NCBI GenBank assembly: GCA_030324005.1
Contig: JARDVH010000154.1
Span: 30,268,212-30,332,211 of the forward strand
Reading direction: 5' to 3'
Origin: Negaprion brevirostris
Taxonomy: Eukaryota
Length of the DNA stretch: 64,000 nt
Positions 11,150 through 22,980 of the stretch are shown one piece after another (the stretch's first letter is position 1; the number at the start of each line of letters is the position of its first letter). The notes under the pieces were generated by a model, which searched no databases, was not told the origin of the DNA, and worked only from the letters and a program-made list of their open reading frames with translations. The position numbers were made by a program, and so were the translations under genes.

Positions 11150-14100
11150 GATAGGAAATAGTAGAAGAAGTAGGCAATATGGCCCTTTGTATCACTTCTG
11201 CTATTCGTTATGATCATGGCTGATCGTCTAACTCAGTAGCCTGATCCTGCCTCCTCCGTCATATTCTTTAATCCTTTCGCCCCAAGAGCCAAATCTAACT
11301 CCTTCTTGAAAAGTATTTTGGCTTCAACAGCTTTCTGTGGTAAAAAATTCCACAGGCTTACCACTCTCTGGATAAGAAACTTTTCCATCCCAGTCCTAAA
11401 AGATTTATCTGGTGCCCTTAAATTAGAGGTTATCTAGATCTCATTGCACATTCCCCTCTCAATTTAGAGACATTCAGATACTCATCTGCCTTCCTGTTTT
11501 TGCTACCAGTGGGGATTTCCTCAAATTTATCCACATTATACTGCATCTGCCATGCATTTGCACATGTTCTCAGCTTGTCCAAATCACAATGAAGCATTTC
11601 TGCATTCTCCTCACAGCACCACCTCCCATCCAGCTTTGTATCATCAGCTAATTTGGAAATATTACATTTAGTTCCCTCATCTAAATCAGTACTATATATT
11701 GAGAATATCTGGGTTCCTGGCATTGATCACTGCTTGCCATTTGGATATTACCTGTTTTTTCCAACTCTGTTTGCTGTCTGCCAGCCAGTTTTCTATCCAT
11801 CTCAATACCCCCAATCCGATGTGCTTTAATTTTACACACACATCTCTTATGTCAACTTTGTTGAAAACCCTCAATCCAAATGAACCACATCCACTGGCTC
11901 CCCCTCATCAAGTCTAGTTACGTTCTTGAAATATTCCAGTAGATTTGTCAAGCACGATCTTTTTTTGGAAATCCATGCTGACTCTCCCATTTTACCTCTG
12001 TTTATCAAGAGCTCTGGTATTAAATCTTTGATAATTTGTTTCTAGCATTTTCCCCACTGCTGACCAATCTATAATTCCCTGTTTTCTCTCTACCTCCCCT
12101 TTTTATATAGTGGAGTTGTATTAGCTACCCTCCAATCTGTAGGAACTGTTNNNNNNNNNNNNNNNNNNNNNNNNNNNNNNNNNNNNNNNNNNNNATTTTT
12201 AGGGCTACTTTCTTAAATACTCTGGGATGTAGATTAGCAGGGCCTGCGGATTTATCGGCCTTCAAATCCATCAATTTCCCTAACACCAGTGGTTGGGATT
12301 TTCCAGCCGTGCTCCCCCGAAGACTGGAAAATCCCACCCAAGGTCAATGAACCTTTGCACAATCCTGTCCTACTGCTATAATTCCTGTGGCAAATAGGAC
12401 AGGAAAATTCCACCCTGTTTCTCTACTGATACCCTTCAGTTTTCTCCCTCTTACTAAACCACGTATTCCCCAACATTTCTGATTTTATTTGTGAAGATAG
12501 AACCAAAGTATGTATTTAGTTAGTTATCTATTTCCTTGTTCCCCATTATAAATTCCCCTGCTTCTGACTGAAGGGACCTACATTTGTCTTCACTGATCCC
12601 TTTTTCTTCACATTCCCTGTGAGCTTACTCTGTTCCCCTGCTCCTCCTTTGCATTCTAAATTGCTCCCAATTCCTAGGTTTGTTGTCTTCCCTGGTCACT
12701 TTGAATGCCTACATCTTGGAGCTAATACTATCTCTGATTTCCTTCCTAAGTCATGGTTTGACCACCTTTCCCATTTTACTTTTGCGTCAGACAGGAATAA
12801 ACAATTGTTGCAATTCACCCATGCGCTCTTTGAATGTTTGCCATTACCTATCCACTGCCATTCCTTTAAGTAATCCATCATAGCCAACTCGTGCCTCATA
12901 TTATCGTAATCATCTTTAAGAAGATTCAGATCCTCTTCTCAGAATCAATTACGTTACTCCAACCTGATGAAGAATTCTATCATGCTGTGGTTGTTGATCC
13001 TCAAGAAGGTATGCACAACCTGGCTTGCCAATTTTCCTTTCTCATTAGACAATACCCAATTTGGGATGGCCTGCTCTCTATTTGATTCCTCAATGTATTG
13101 ATCTGGAAAACCACCTTCTCTATACACTTTAGGAATTCCTTCTGTACAGCATTGTGAATAATTTGATTTGTCCAGTTTACATGCAGATTAAAGTCACTCA
13201 TTATGCATAGTCCTTTATCGCATGTGACTCTAATTTCCTGTTTAATGCCAACTCCATCAACAATACAGTTATGTCGTATGTTCTATATGCTACCCCAGCA
13301 AACATTTTTGCCCTTTGGTGTTTCTCAGCTTTTCCCATACAGATGTCACACTGTCGGAGGTAATATCTTCCCCCCTATTGTGGTTATTTCCTCTCTAACC
13401 AGCAATACAACTCTACCGCCTTTTCTGTTTGTCTGCCTTCCCCAAATACCCCTGCTGTTCAGTTCCCATCACTGTTCACCCTGCAGCCATGTCAACGCCA
13501 TTCCAACTAGATCATACCAATTTACATCTATTTGTGCAATTAATTCATCCACTTCATTGCAAATACTTCATGCACTAATGCATGAAATTGTCCTTTTAAC
13601 ATTACTTGTCCTGCTCCCACTATCTTTCAGTGGCTCTGTTTGATTCTGGCCCATGATTTCTGTGCTTGTCATTTTTTTTAATTCTCTCTTCTATATTTTT
13701 TTGTCCTTGATTTCCCCCTCTTCTGACTCCTTGCATAAGTTCCTATCCCATTTCCATTTTAGTTTAAACCCCCTCCAATCATTCTAGTAAATACTCCCCT
13801 TAGAACATATGTCCTGGTCCTGTCCATGTATAACCCATCAGTTTGTACTGGTCCCAGTGTCCCAGGAATGTGAAACCATCCCCCTCACGTCATCTCTTCA
13901 ACCATGTACTCATCTGATATATCCTGCTGTTTCGATTCTGACTCTCACGTGCCATTGATAGTATTCCTAAAGTTTCTCCCTTTTGAAGTCCTACTTTTCC
14001 TACTGCCTAACACCCTACATTCATCCTTTTTTTTAAACTTTTGTCGTTTGTACCAATGTGTAGCACAACCACCGGTTGTTTCCTCTCCCCGCCAGAATGT

Positions 14101-14245
14101 TGTGCAAACTGCTCTGTGATATTCTTGACCCTAGCACCAGGGAGGCAATGTGACATCCTGGAGTCTCACTTGCAGTCACAGAAGCGCCCATTAATTCCCA
14201 TTACAATTGAATCCCCTATGATCATTGCATTCCAACACTTTTTAC
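11150..14245 (-). mobile_element. Long degraded CR1 LINE (3'UTR, RT, endonuclease, part of ORF1)
   Basis: Minus-strand remnants DLDEGTKCNISKLADDTKL, DKSAGP.NLHPRV.K.VA, DFNLHVNW; CR1 3'UTR at 11150. Confidence 0.9.
12291..12415. mobile_element. MITE inserted in CR1
   Basis: TIRs ggttgggattttcc / ggaaaattccaccc; CR1 sequence continues on both sides. Confidence 0.7.
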
Positions 14246-14249
14246 TCTG

Positions 14250-14755
14250 ACCAATGGCAGCTGGTGGAGCTTAAATTCAGTTAATGATTTAGAATTGAAA
14301 AATTTGTCCCAATGATGACCATGAAACACTCATTGATTATCATAAAAAAAACCCACCAAAGTCACTAATATCCTTTGGGTTTCCTTGCCTGGTCTGGCCT
14401 ACACGTGACATCAATCCCACAGCAATGTGGTTGATTCAGCTGCCGTCTGAAATGCTGTGGCAAGGCACTCAGTTCAAGGGTATTTAGGAATAGGCAATAA
14501 ATGCTGGCCTTGTCAGTGAAGAAGTGGAAAAGCTGGAGTTGGACTGGAATAAACACAGCAAGAAATCTCACAGCACCAGGTTAAAATCCAACCAGTTTAC
14601 CTGATAGTAAACCCTTCCTTCCACACACCTGATGAAGGAACAGCGTTTCTGAAAGCCTGTGGGTTTACTATCAAATAAACTGTTTGGACTTCAACCTGGT
14701 GTTGAGAGATTTCTTTCTTGTCAGTGAAGCCCACATCCCATGAAAATAATTTAAA
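14250..14755 (+). mobile_element. 3' end of second LINE family, split by a Penelope-type insertion
   Basis: gggtatttaggaataggcaataaatgctggccttgtcagtgaag...cccacatcccatgaaaataatttaaaaa tail. Confidence 0.75.
14522..14716. mobile_element. Penelope-type short insertion with inverted arms, hammerhead relic and 13-bp TSD
   Basis: Arms 14560-14599 / 14676-14715; ctgatga..gaaa core at 14629-14654; flanking repeat cttgtcagtgaag at 14509-14521 and 14717-14729. Confidence 0.75.
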
Positions 14756-16345
14756 AATCAAATTCTGTATTCCACAATATCTTTTGTTTCTCTTTGATTC
14801 CCAGGTTCTGTAATATTTTGCCTTTGAATAAATCCACACACTACTTTTTACTTGCCCAGAATAGGGAAACTTTGGTGCTATTTTAGATTCTGAAAATGTT
14901 GAAAGCCGAACCAAAACGTCAGGTGCTTTTGCCATTTTTTCTCTGAATCCCAATCTGTCATTTTTTTCTGTAAAATACAGGATATATTCTTAGCAGCAAC
15001 TGCATTAAGATTTTTATTTTTCTCTAGTTTTAATTCTGTTGGCCACTTGTCGAGTAACTCTTGACTTTTAACATCGGCATTATATTCTAGGAAGTCTTTC
15101 CAAAACTGTTGGCAGTGGTGTCTTTTCCTTGCATGCTGTGTTGATTTGATTTCAACAAAACGGAAAGAAAGGAGTAATAAGTGAGCAATTTTAGCAATCA
15201 AGCAGCTAGTGTGATTTTACAGTCAGCAGGGTGTCCCTTTGATATTTATCTAAATGAATGCTTGCATCAAGTAAACTTAATCAAGATTCAAACAGTATGT
15301 AATGGACGGTTAGCGTTTTGGTGACAAATCTTGTCCATTTAACTGATAGTTTAGTTGCTAAATGAGGGAGGCTAAGCAGTCATCACTAGAACCTTAGGAG
15401 TGGCAACATGTCTGTCGTGGCACGGAAAGCATTTTGAAACCAGAAATAAAAGGGATTTTCTGGTACCAACTGTCAAGAGAAAGTCACGTGTGTGTTATAT
15501 CTATTTAACGTTAACAACTTTCAGAACTTAATAGGAACAAAAGCTGTCCAGCATCCAGTGCTTCAGATAGTTGAAACTGGAGTTGGTTTCGTGTCTGGAA
15601 AGGATTGGAAAGGTAAATCAGGTTAGGGAATTCGGAGTTAGTGATATCTTTTGGCAATGCAATTTCAGTCTCAGATGTTCTGAATCATAACTCATGATAA
15701 CCAGGTTCCCCTTTATTTTAGGGAATGAGCAAGTGTTTACATGGCTGCTTTCGATGACAGCCATTTCAGAATAGAGTGAGTGTGATCAGGATGGAAGTAC
15801 ATTAAATATAATTTGACAGGACTATAAGGAAGTTTTTCTCTGTTAAAGTTGTTCTTTAAATGCAAATTGTCAGCTGAACACAACTTCGTCGTATGACCAT
15901 GTGACCTGGTATTTAGGGACTTAAAATTAATTTTTGGCTGGCTTTTGTCTTCNNNNNNNNNNNNNNNNNNNNNNNNNNNNNNNNNNNNNNNNNNNNTTTT
16001 GAGCATCACCCAAACCACCTGCCTTGAGTATCTTTCAGACTCCATTCAGTTCAGGACATAATTTATCCTAGAAGCTATTTTGCTCTGCATCTCCAGTTGA
16101 ACTTTATAAATGTAAAGCCTACTTACCCTGCCATTTTTACCTTTACTAGGCATTCATTCTCAATGGGAGAATTTCGGCCGGTTTAGCCGACAAGAAAATT
16201 TCATCACTGCAGACTTTGATTGTTGTATTAATCCAGTGTCAAAGTATATTTTTAGCAGGGGTTATTGGGTAGAGGTGACGACTGGGTTATTCCAGACTGA
16301 CTTTTTTTGTTTGGTTTCACTCTATCGTGGCTCAACTCGATGATT

Positions 16346-17154
16346 TAGTAAGATACCCTTTCAGAACTGCTGTGAGCTGCTCAGCGTATGCATATGAGCA
16401 GGCCAGAAGCTCTAAGGTGTTTTATGAAAACAGCCTAGAGCCTAAGATTTTGCATTTGAATTTAGCACAAGTGAGCAGAAGGTGTTTCACTGCAGATATG
16501 ATTCAAGTGACCTACTAGAAAATGTTTATCAAACAAAGTTTATTTAAGAACGTAGTTAAAATGTAAAAGATTTAACATAGTGTTTACCAATTACAAGATT
16601 CAAACATGGTACAGTATAAAACCTTAACAGCTAGCTATCTGTGATGTTCCAAGTCAAACAACATCCCACAAACATATATCCCCTTCTAGACTCGGCTCAA
16701 AAAGCAAGTATGCTCATGTGATGCTGGATTTTGCACCTTTTTAACAGCTGCTGTGAATTGGTCCTTTCAATGTTAGATTAAAACTGAGGGTCCCCAGTCC
16801 TGGAACTTTAAGCATGCGTCTGGAGAGAGAGAGGGACAGAGACATTGCTTTCGTCTCTCATCCAAACAGTATCTGAGAAAAATGAGACTAAAACCTGTGG
16901 GGGAAAAACTGTCCCCAGGCATCACTTGACTTGACAATCATGATCTACCCAGCAGTTCCAAAGGATCATAAAATCTCAGGTCACTGCATTAGTTCAGATT
17001 AAAAACAAATATGATATCCATTATATTGCTTCAGTAACAATTAGATGACACTAGTTACAGCCAGAATGGTGCCAATAAAATGCTAGAACCTGCTTGAAAA
17101 ACCTTCAGAGAAACATGATTAAAATACATTTCTTAAAGGCACAATATTGTTACA
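16346..17154 (-). mobile_element. Possible solo LTR
   Basis: Minus strand starts TGTAACA...gtgcctttaagaaatg and carries AATAAA at ~16540; left boundary and TSD not resolved. Confidence 0.4.
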
Positions 17155-20100
17155 ATACTGATGAGCACAAGTATGTTTAATTTGCCAACAGAGGTAACAT
17201 TTTTAGTGCACTTTGATTAATTACACTCCTCCAGAGGAAATACTGCTAACTGTTAACTTAGCTGAAGTCAGAGTTGCAGTTCATTGTAAATGGAATGTTA
17301 ATCTAGGTTGATCACAACCAAGCAAAAGCAAAGGGTAAACAGAGCATGCTGGCATTGACTAAAGTGCTAAAAAAGGGATAATGAATTAAATAACCTGGGA
17401 TTGCCTTCAGTTGCTTTTAGTGAATGGTGATGGTATTGCTGCATAATCCAGAATGTGTAGAGGAATGTCCAGAAACATTGAACGTGTTGTCTTGTGACTA
17501 GATAGTAGTACTGATGTGCTCATCTTCATCTTATCTTCACTGCCATATGCTTACCATTAGAAATGAGAGCTTCAGGTGTATTTCCTCTGACAAACATGAA
17601 TCTCAGCCCCAGGCCATTAAACTTTACTGGGCATAGCTTCACCAGCTCAAACTTGAGTTGTTGGTGTCAGTACCAATACATTTTGCAAAAAGAAAGCCTA
17701 CAAAGGTAACATTGTCATCATTTGTTTTTACTCTCCTACTCTCTCCTCTCCCTTTGTTCCTGTTTCTCACTTAGCTTTTCTCATTTCAGCAGCACTTTGG
17801 CAGTGCTGCATGGGGAGACCAGGGGATGGAGTTGGTCAGGAGGCAATGGATTGGAGAGTTTGAGGGGCACTTGGCATGTTCCACAGCTTGAAAACCACTT
17901 GTTTCTGTTCTCAGTGTGATGTCATGTTTCTTCCTATGACTGCCTTAATATAGTGATTTCAGAGATTTTCAGTATAGCTGTGTCATTCTCTGAGGCCACC
18001 AATTTTATTGTCCTTGTGCATTAGACTAAGTGTCCTAATACCAAACCTTTTGGTGTGTGGGGGGAGGGGGCAGAGAAACTGGTGACGATTTAATTTTAAG
18101 TGTTACTTAAATACAACAACAATAATTTTGTTTTTCCTGCATTATAAATATCCCCTAATAAGATCTTTACTGAAATGGTGTTTCAGCTGTAGAGAATGAC
18201 CCAACCATACTTGCTATGGAAAATGGTCTCTCTTTAGCAATCCCTTTTTTAAGAAATTTTTAACATAAGCATACCAATGCTCTTATCCCATTCTCTTTCA
18301 TGCAAATTGGAAAGAGCCACAGACCCAGAAATTAATGATTTTGCTTCTTTTTTTATCTTTGTAAACGTGAAAGAAAATTGCAACAAATGTACCTGTACTG
18401 GTAAGTGTTTTGAGCTGACTAAAATGTAGCCTTGTGGTGTAGTTTATTGGTAAGAACCAGGTAAGTGTCTATTTTTAAATTTAATCAGTTTTTGTTTGTA
18501 ACCAGGACATCTGAAAACTGCTTAAGCAATGAGACCCTACACTTTAACATTGGCTTGTGTGCATGTAGCTGTGGGTGCACTGTAGTTTTAAGAAAAACAA
18601 ATCATAATTAACTTTTCTGTAGTACTTAAGAATTTCACAACTACTTTGACTTCAGAGTACATTTTATTTGGTCATTGAACAGGACCTATGTTCTGTCGTA
18701 TATTAGCAAAACATACTCAGGTAAGGTATGAAGGTATTTTTGTTGTTCTTACATATTGCATCCCATGAATAACCCTCCTGAATTGCATGCTGTTACGCTC
18801 CTGCTGATTTGATTAAAACACCTCTATAAATAAGTGATTGTTTAGATTCTTTCCAATTGTTGCTTGTGGTGTTTGCCCTGCCACATTGATTCACTTTGAT
18901 TATTTTGTGTTCTAATTAACTTTAATTTCCTTTGGGGTGGGTGGTGGCAGTGTGTAAAAAGAAATGTTTCTGAATTTCTCTTTACCTGTAATTGTGTTTG
19001 AACAGGCTTGGTTTTTTCACATAAAATACCACAAAATTAGTCTAAGTGAGACAGTGAATTTAAATTTCATTTGTTTCACCATTCAGACTGTTGAAACATA
19101 CCATTAGCAGGATGAAATGAAGTTTACCCATGATTGTTGCCAAAAATGACTTGTGGCAAATTGAAGGCTATTGAATGGAAAACTAAACCTTTGCAAGATA
19201 CAGCATGCTTCAATATAGAGTTCCCCTCAACTAGTCCCCAGCATTGAGCTTTAGTACCCAGAATTGAAGAAAGTGAATGATATTCCCAGATCAGCCCCTG
19301 TGACTGAGCTTCACAATCCACATTTATGCAGTTTCATGCCTCAGAAGAATGAAGAGGCACAAGGACATTCCTATGTAGGACTTTTCAGACAATAAATATT
19401 GTAGCTTACACAGCTCTGAAAAGCCAAAATGCAACATGTGCAATACAACTAACTCCCATCCAGTACACGCTGTTGCGAATCATCTCCCTCTGTCTCTCTC
19501 TTGGTTCACCCACCTTTCCCCATTAACCATCTGTGTGTATNNNNNNNNNNNNNNNNNNNNNNNNNNNNNNNNNNNNNNNNNNNNNNNNNNNNNNNNNNNN
19601 NNNNNNNNNNNNNNNNNNNNNNNNNNNNNNNNNNNNNNNNNNNNNNNNNNNNNNNNNNNNNNNNNNNNNNNNNNNNNNNNNNNNNNNNNNNNNNNNNNNN
19701 NNNNNNNNNNNNNNNNACAGCCCCCACCCCCAAAAGCCATCCCGGCCTTGTGTTCGCCATAAACTGTTGAGATAAATGTTTAACTCCTGGTTATTAGTGT
19801 GGACCATCTTTATTCCATTTGTAGAACGCTTGTAGAATAGTTGAGACATTCTGAATTTTAAAGAAAAGTGGTGTTCCTCTGCATGAATTTGAATTTTAGG
19901 ATTGCATTGTAAAGTAGCTCAAGGCCTTGTAGTTCAGTTTGTGTACATCAACGTGCTGCCATTTCCATGTCTTGCACCATGGATTGATGTCCATGGTGTC
20001 TCATGGCGAATTCTCTGTTTCACTGAGGCTGTGGATGGAATGAAATGAGGTAAGGTAATGTCCAAATAAGGAAACATTTCCAGACCTGGTGGTCAAGAAA

Positions 20101-20158
20101 AGGCATCCTTGTATGTATTGCATGATTGAAGTGTTTATTTGGTCCCTTGATCATGCAT

Positions 20159-20665
20159 GGGTGCTTAAAGGAAAGGTTAGATTAACTGACCCAGTTATGT
20201 TAAATGTGTCAAAGCATATAATGTTGCAAGCATGCAGAAATTAATTGAGGCACATCTAGATTTACACAGGCTAATTGAGTAGGCTGTATCCCATCAGTGA
20301 AGACTTGCTGGCAAATCAATAGAGCTACTTAATTATTTAAGTGAAATAATGAAAAGGTGAAAGCATGCAATATATTGTAAATGTTCAGTTATGAAATTTA
20401 ATTATAATAATTACACTTTTTCACTCTACCACAATAGCTTCAGTTAATTCTAAAAACTGTTTTGTCAGTACGATTTCATTTAAGTGCAAAGTTCCCAGTG
20501 GAAAGGCATTATATTTTCACCTTATTAAGGATGTTATGCTTGCTCATATTTCTTGTTCTTTGAAGGTCTGAACCTTCCTGTAGATGTATACTAAGATACA
20601 AAATTGCTAAGAGGTGTGTTTTGATTTGATCCGTTTTTAATAAAAGATACAGCACGTTCATCTTC
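20159..20665 (+). repeat. Source of ~506-bp local duplication (copy at 22327-22832)
   Basis: Near-identical direct repeat with about 7 visible substitutions outside the N gap. Confidence 0.95.
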
Positions 20666-22151
20666 TCTTTTACCAGACTTGCCATTTTTCATTAATGGGA
20701 TAGAATGCCAAGTGGTACATTCTCATCATCCTGCCCAACACAATTCTCTGCAGGACTAATTTTCCATCTCAAAGTTAATGGTCTCTATTTTAATACTGTA
20801 CAGAAGGCATTATCCGGATAAGTGGATTATAGCAAGGCCCATCTGTATTGACAAGGAAATAGACACGTGTTCAGAGATTGGTCAACTGAATAGAAACTGC
20901 CTAATTTTTAATTGATTTTCTTCGTTGCAAGTTACAGCTGGATACAAATTGTGCTTGATGTTCAAAGCCTGCATTTCCTCCTTCCCTCTGCACCTTTCTC
21001 AAGTCATACTGCTATGAGATGTTAATTACACTAACGTGTTAGGGTGCAACACCGGCTGCTGGAAGTGCATGGGACCAGGAGATGGCCATTGTTCCCCTCT
21101 ATTTGTTGAGTGGTAGAACAGGTACAAATGTTAGCTGATTTGTAGACTAACTGTCTATACCCACCTTTGCCCACATCCCTTAATACCTTTGCATAATAAA
21201 AAAAGCTGCTTATTTCAGATTTAAAAACAGCAATTGATTTATCATGTCCTATGATGAAAGGATGGGTAAACTGGACCTATACTGTCTGGAGCTCTGAAAA
21301 ATGAGGTGATCTCATTGAAACATGTAAGTTCTCAAGGGGCTTCAGATTTAAGTTTGTTAAGAGGCTTCACAAGGTGGACACAAGTTGTTTCCCCTAGTAC
21401 GGCAGTCTAGAATATTGACACACAACCACTGTGTAAGGTCAATCATTTAACGTTGACATGAGAAAATTCCAGGGTTGTGAATCATTCAAATTTTTTATGC
21501 CAGGAGGTTTTGATGCTTCATCCTTGAATGTATTCAAGGCTGGGTTAGATTGGTTTATGATCTCTTGGGGAGGTCTCTTGGAAAGCAGACAGGAAGGTGA
21601 TGCTGAGGCATAAGATCAGCCATGATCACTTTGAATGACTGGACAGGTTTGGGGTCCATATTGTCTACACCTCTTTCTTGTGTTTTTATCAACTGCAATT
21701 TGGAACACAGTCGTATAATCAAACAGTCAGTGTGGATTTACAAAAGGGAGGTCATGCTAGACAAATCTACCAGGGTTCTTTGAGGACGTAACTGTAGAGT
21801 TGAGCAGAGAGAACCAATGAGGGTGATTTATTTAGACTCTCAGAAGACTTTTTTGGCAAGGTCTCGCATAACATTACTGTATAAAGTTAAAATGCATGGG
21901 TTGCAGGTAGTGTCTTGAAATGGATAGAAAGCTAGTTTGCAGACAGCAAGCAAAGAATTGGAATAAATGGGCCTTTTCCTGATTTGCAGGCAGTGACTAG
22001 TGGGATACTGCAAGGATCTGTGTTAGGACCCCAACTGTTCACATTATATATTGATTTGGACAAGGGAATTAAATGTATGCAAATTTAGGTGGGAGGGTGA
22101 GCTATGGGGAGGATGCAGATATCAGGCAGAAACATTTCTAAACACACAAGA

Positions 22152-22980
22152 GGGTGACACGGTGGCAAAGTGGTTGACACTGCTGCCTCATGAGCGCCAA
22201 GGATCCAGTTTCAGTTTCAGTTCCAGTCTTGGGTGATTGTGTGGAGTTTACTCATTCTCCCTGTGTCTGCGTGGATTTCTTCCAGGTGCTCTGGTTTCCT
22301 CCCACAGTCCAAAGATGTGCAAGTTAGGGTGCTTAAAGGAAAGGTTAGATTAACTGGCCCAGTTATGTTAAATGTGTCAAAGCATATAATGTTGCAAGCA
22401 TNNNNNNNNNNNNNNNNNNNNNNNNNNNNNNNNNNNNNNNNNNNNNNNNNNNNNNNNNNNNNNNNNNNNNNNNNNNNNNNNNNNNNNNNNNNNNNNNNNN
22501 NATTTAAGTGAAATAATGAAAAGGTGAAAGCATGCAATATATTGTAAATGTTCAGTTATGAAATTTAGTTATAATAATTACACTTTTTCACTCTACCACA
22601 ATAGCTTCAGTTAATTCTAAAAACTGTTTTGTTAGTACGATTTCATTTAAGTGCAAAGTGCCCAGTGGAAAGGCATTATATTTTCACCTTATTAAGGATG
22701 TTATGCTTGCTCATATTTCTTGTTCTTTGAAGGCCTGAACCTTCCTGTAGATGTATACTAAGATACAGAATTGCTAAGAGGTGTGTTTTGATTTGATCCG
22801 TTTTTAATAAAAGATACAGCTCGTTCATCTTCCCAGGAAGTGTAGGCTGGGAGGATTAGTGGGGTGAAAACATGGAGTTGTGGAGATAGGGCCTGGGTAA
22901 GATGCTCCGTTGAGTGTTGATNNNNNNNNNNGATGCAAATTCAATGGGCTGAATTTTCTGCACTGTAGGGATTTCAATGA
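22152..22980 (+). mobile_element. HE1-type V-SINE interrupted by duplicated unique DNA
   Basis: Head/V core 22152-22326; tail resumes at 22833 and ends ctgcactgtagggatttc. Confidence 0.8.
22327..22832 (+). repeat. Copy of 20159-20665
   Basis: Direct sequence comparison. Confidence 0.95.
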
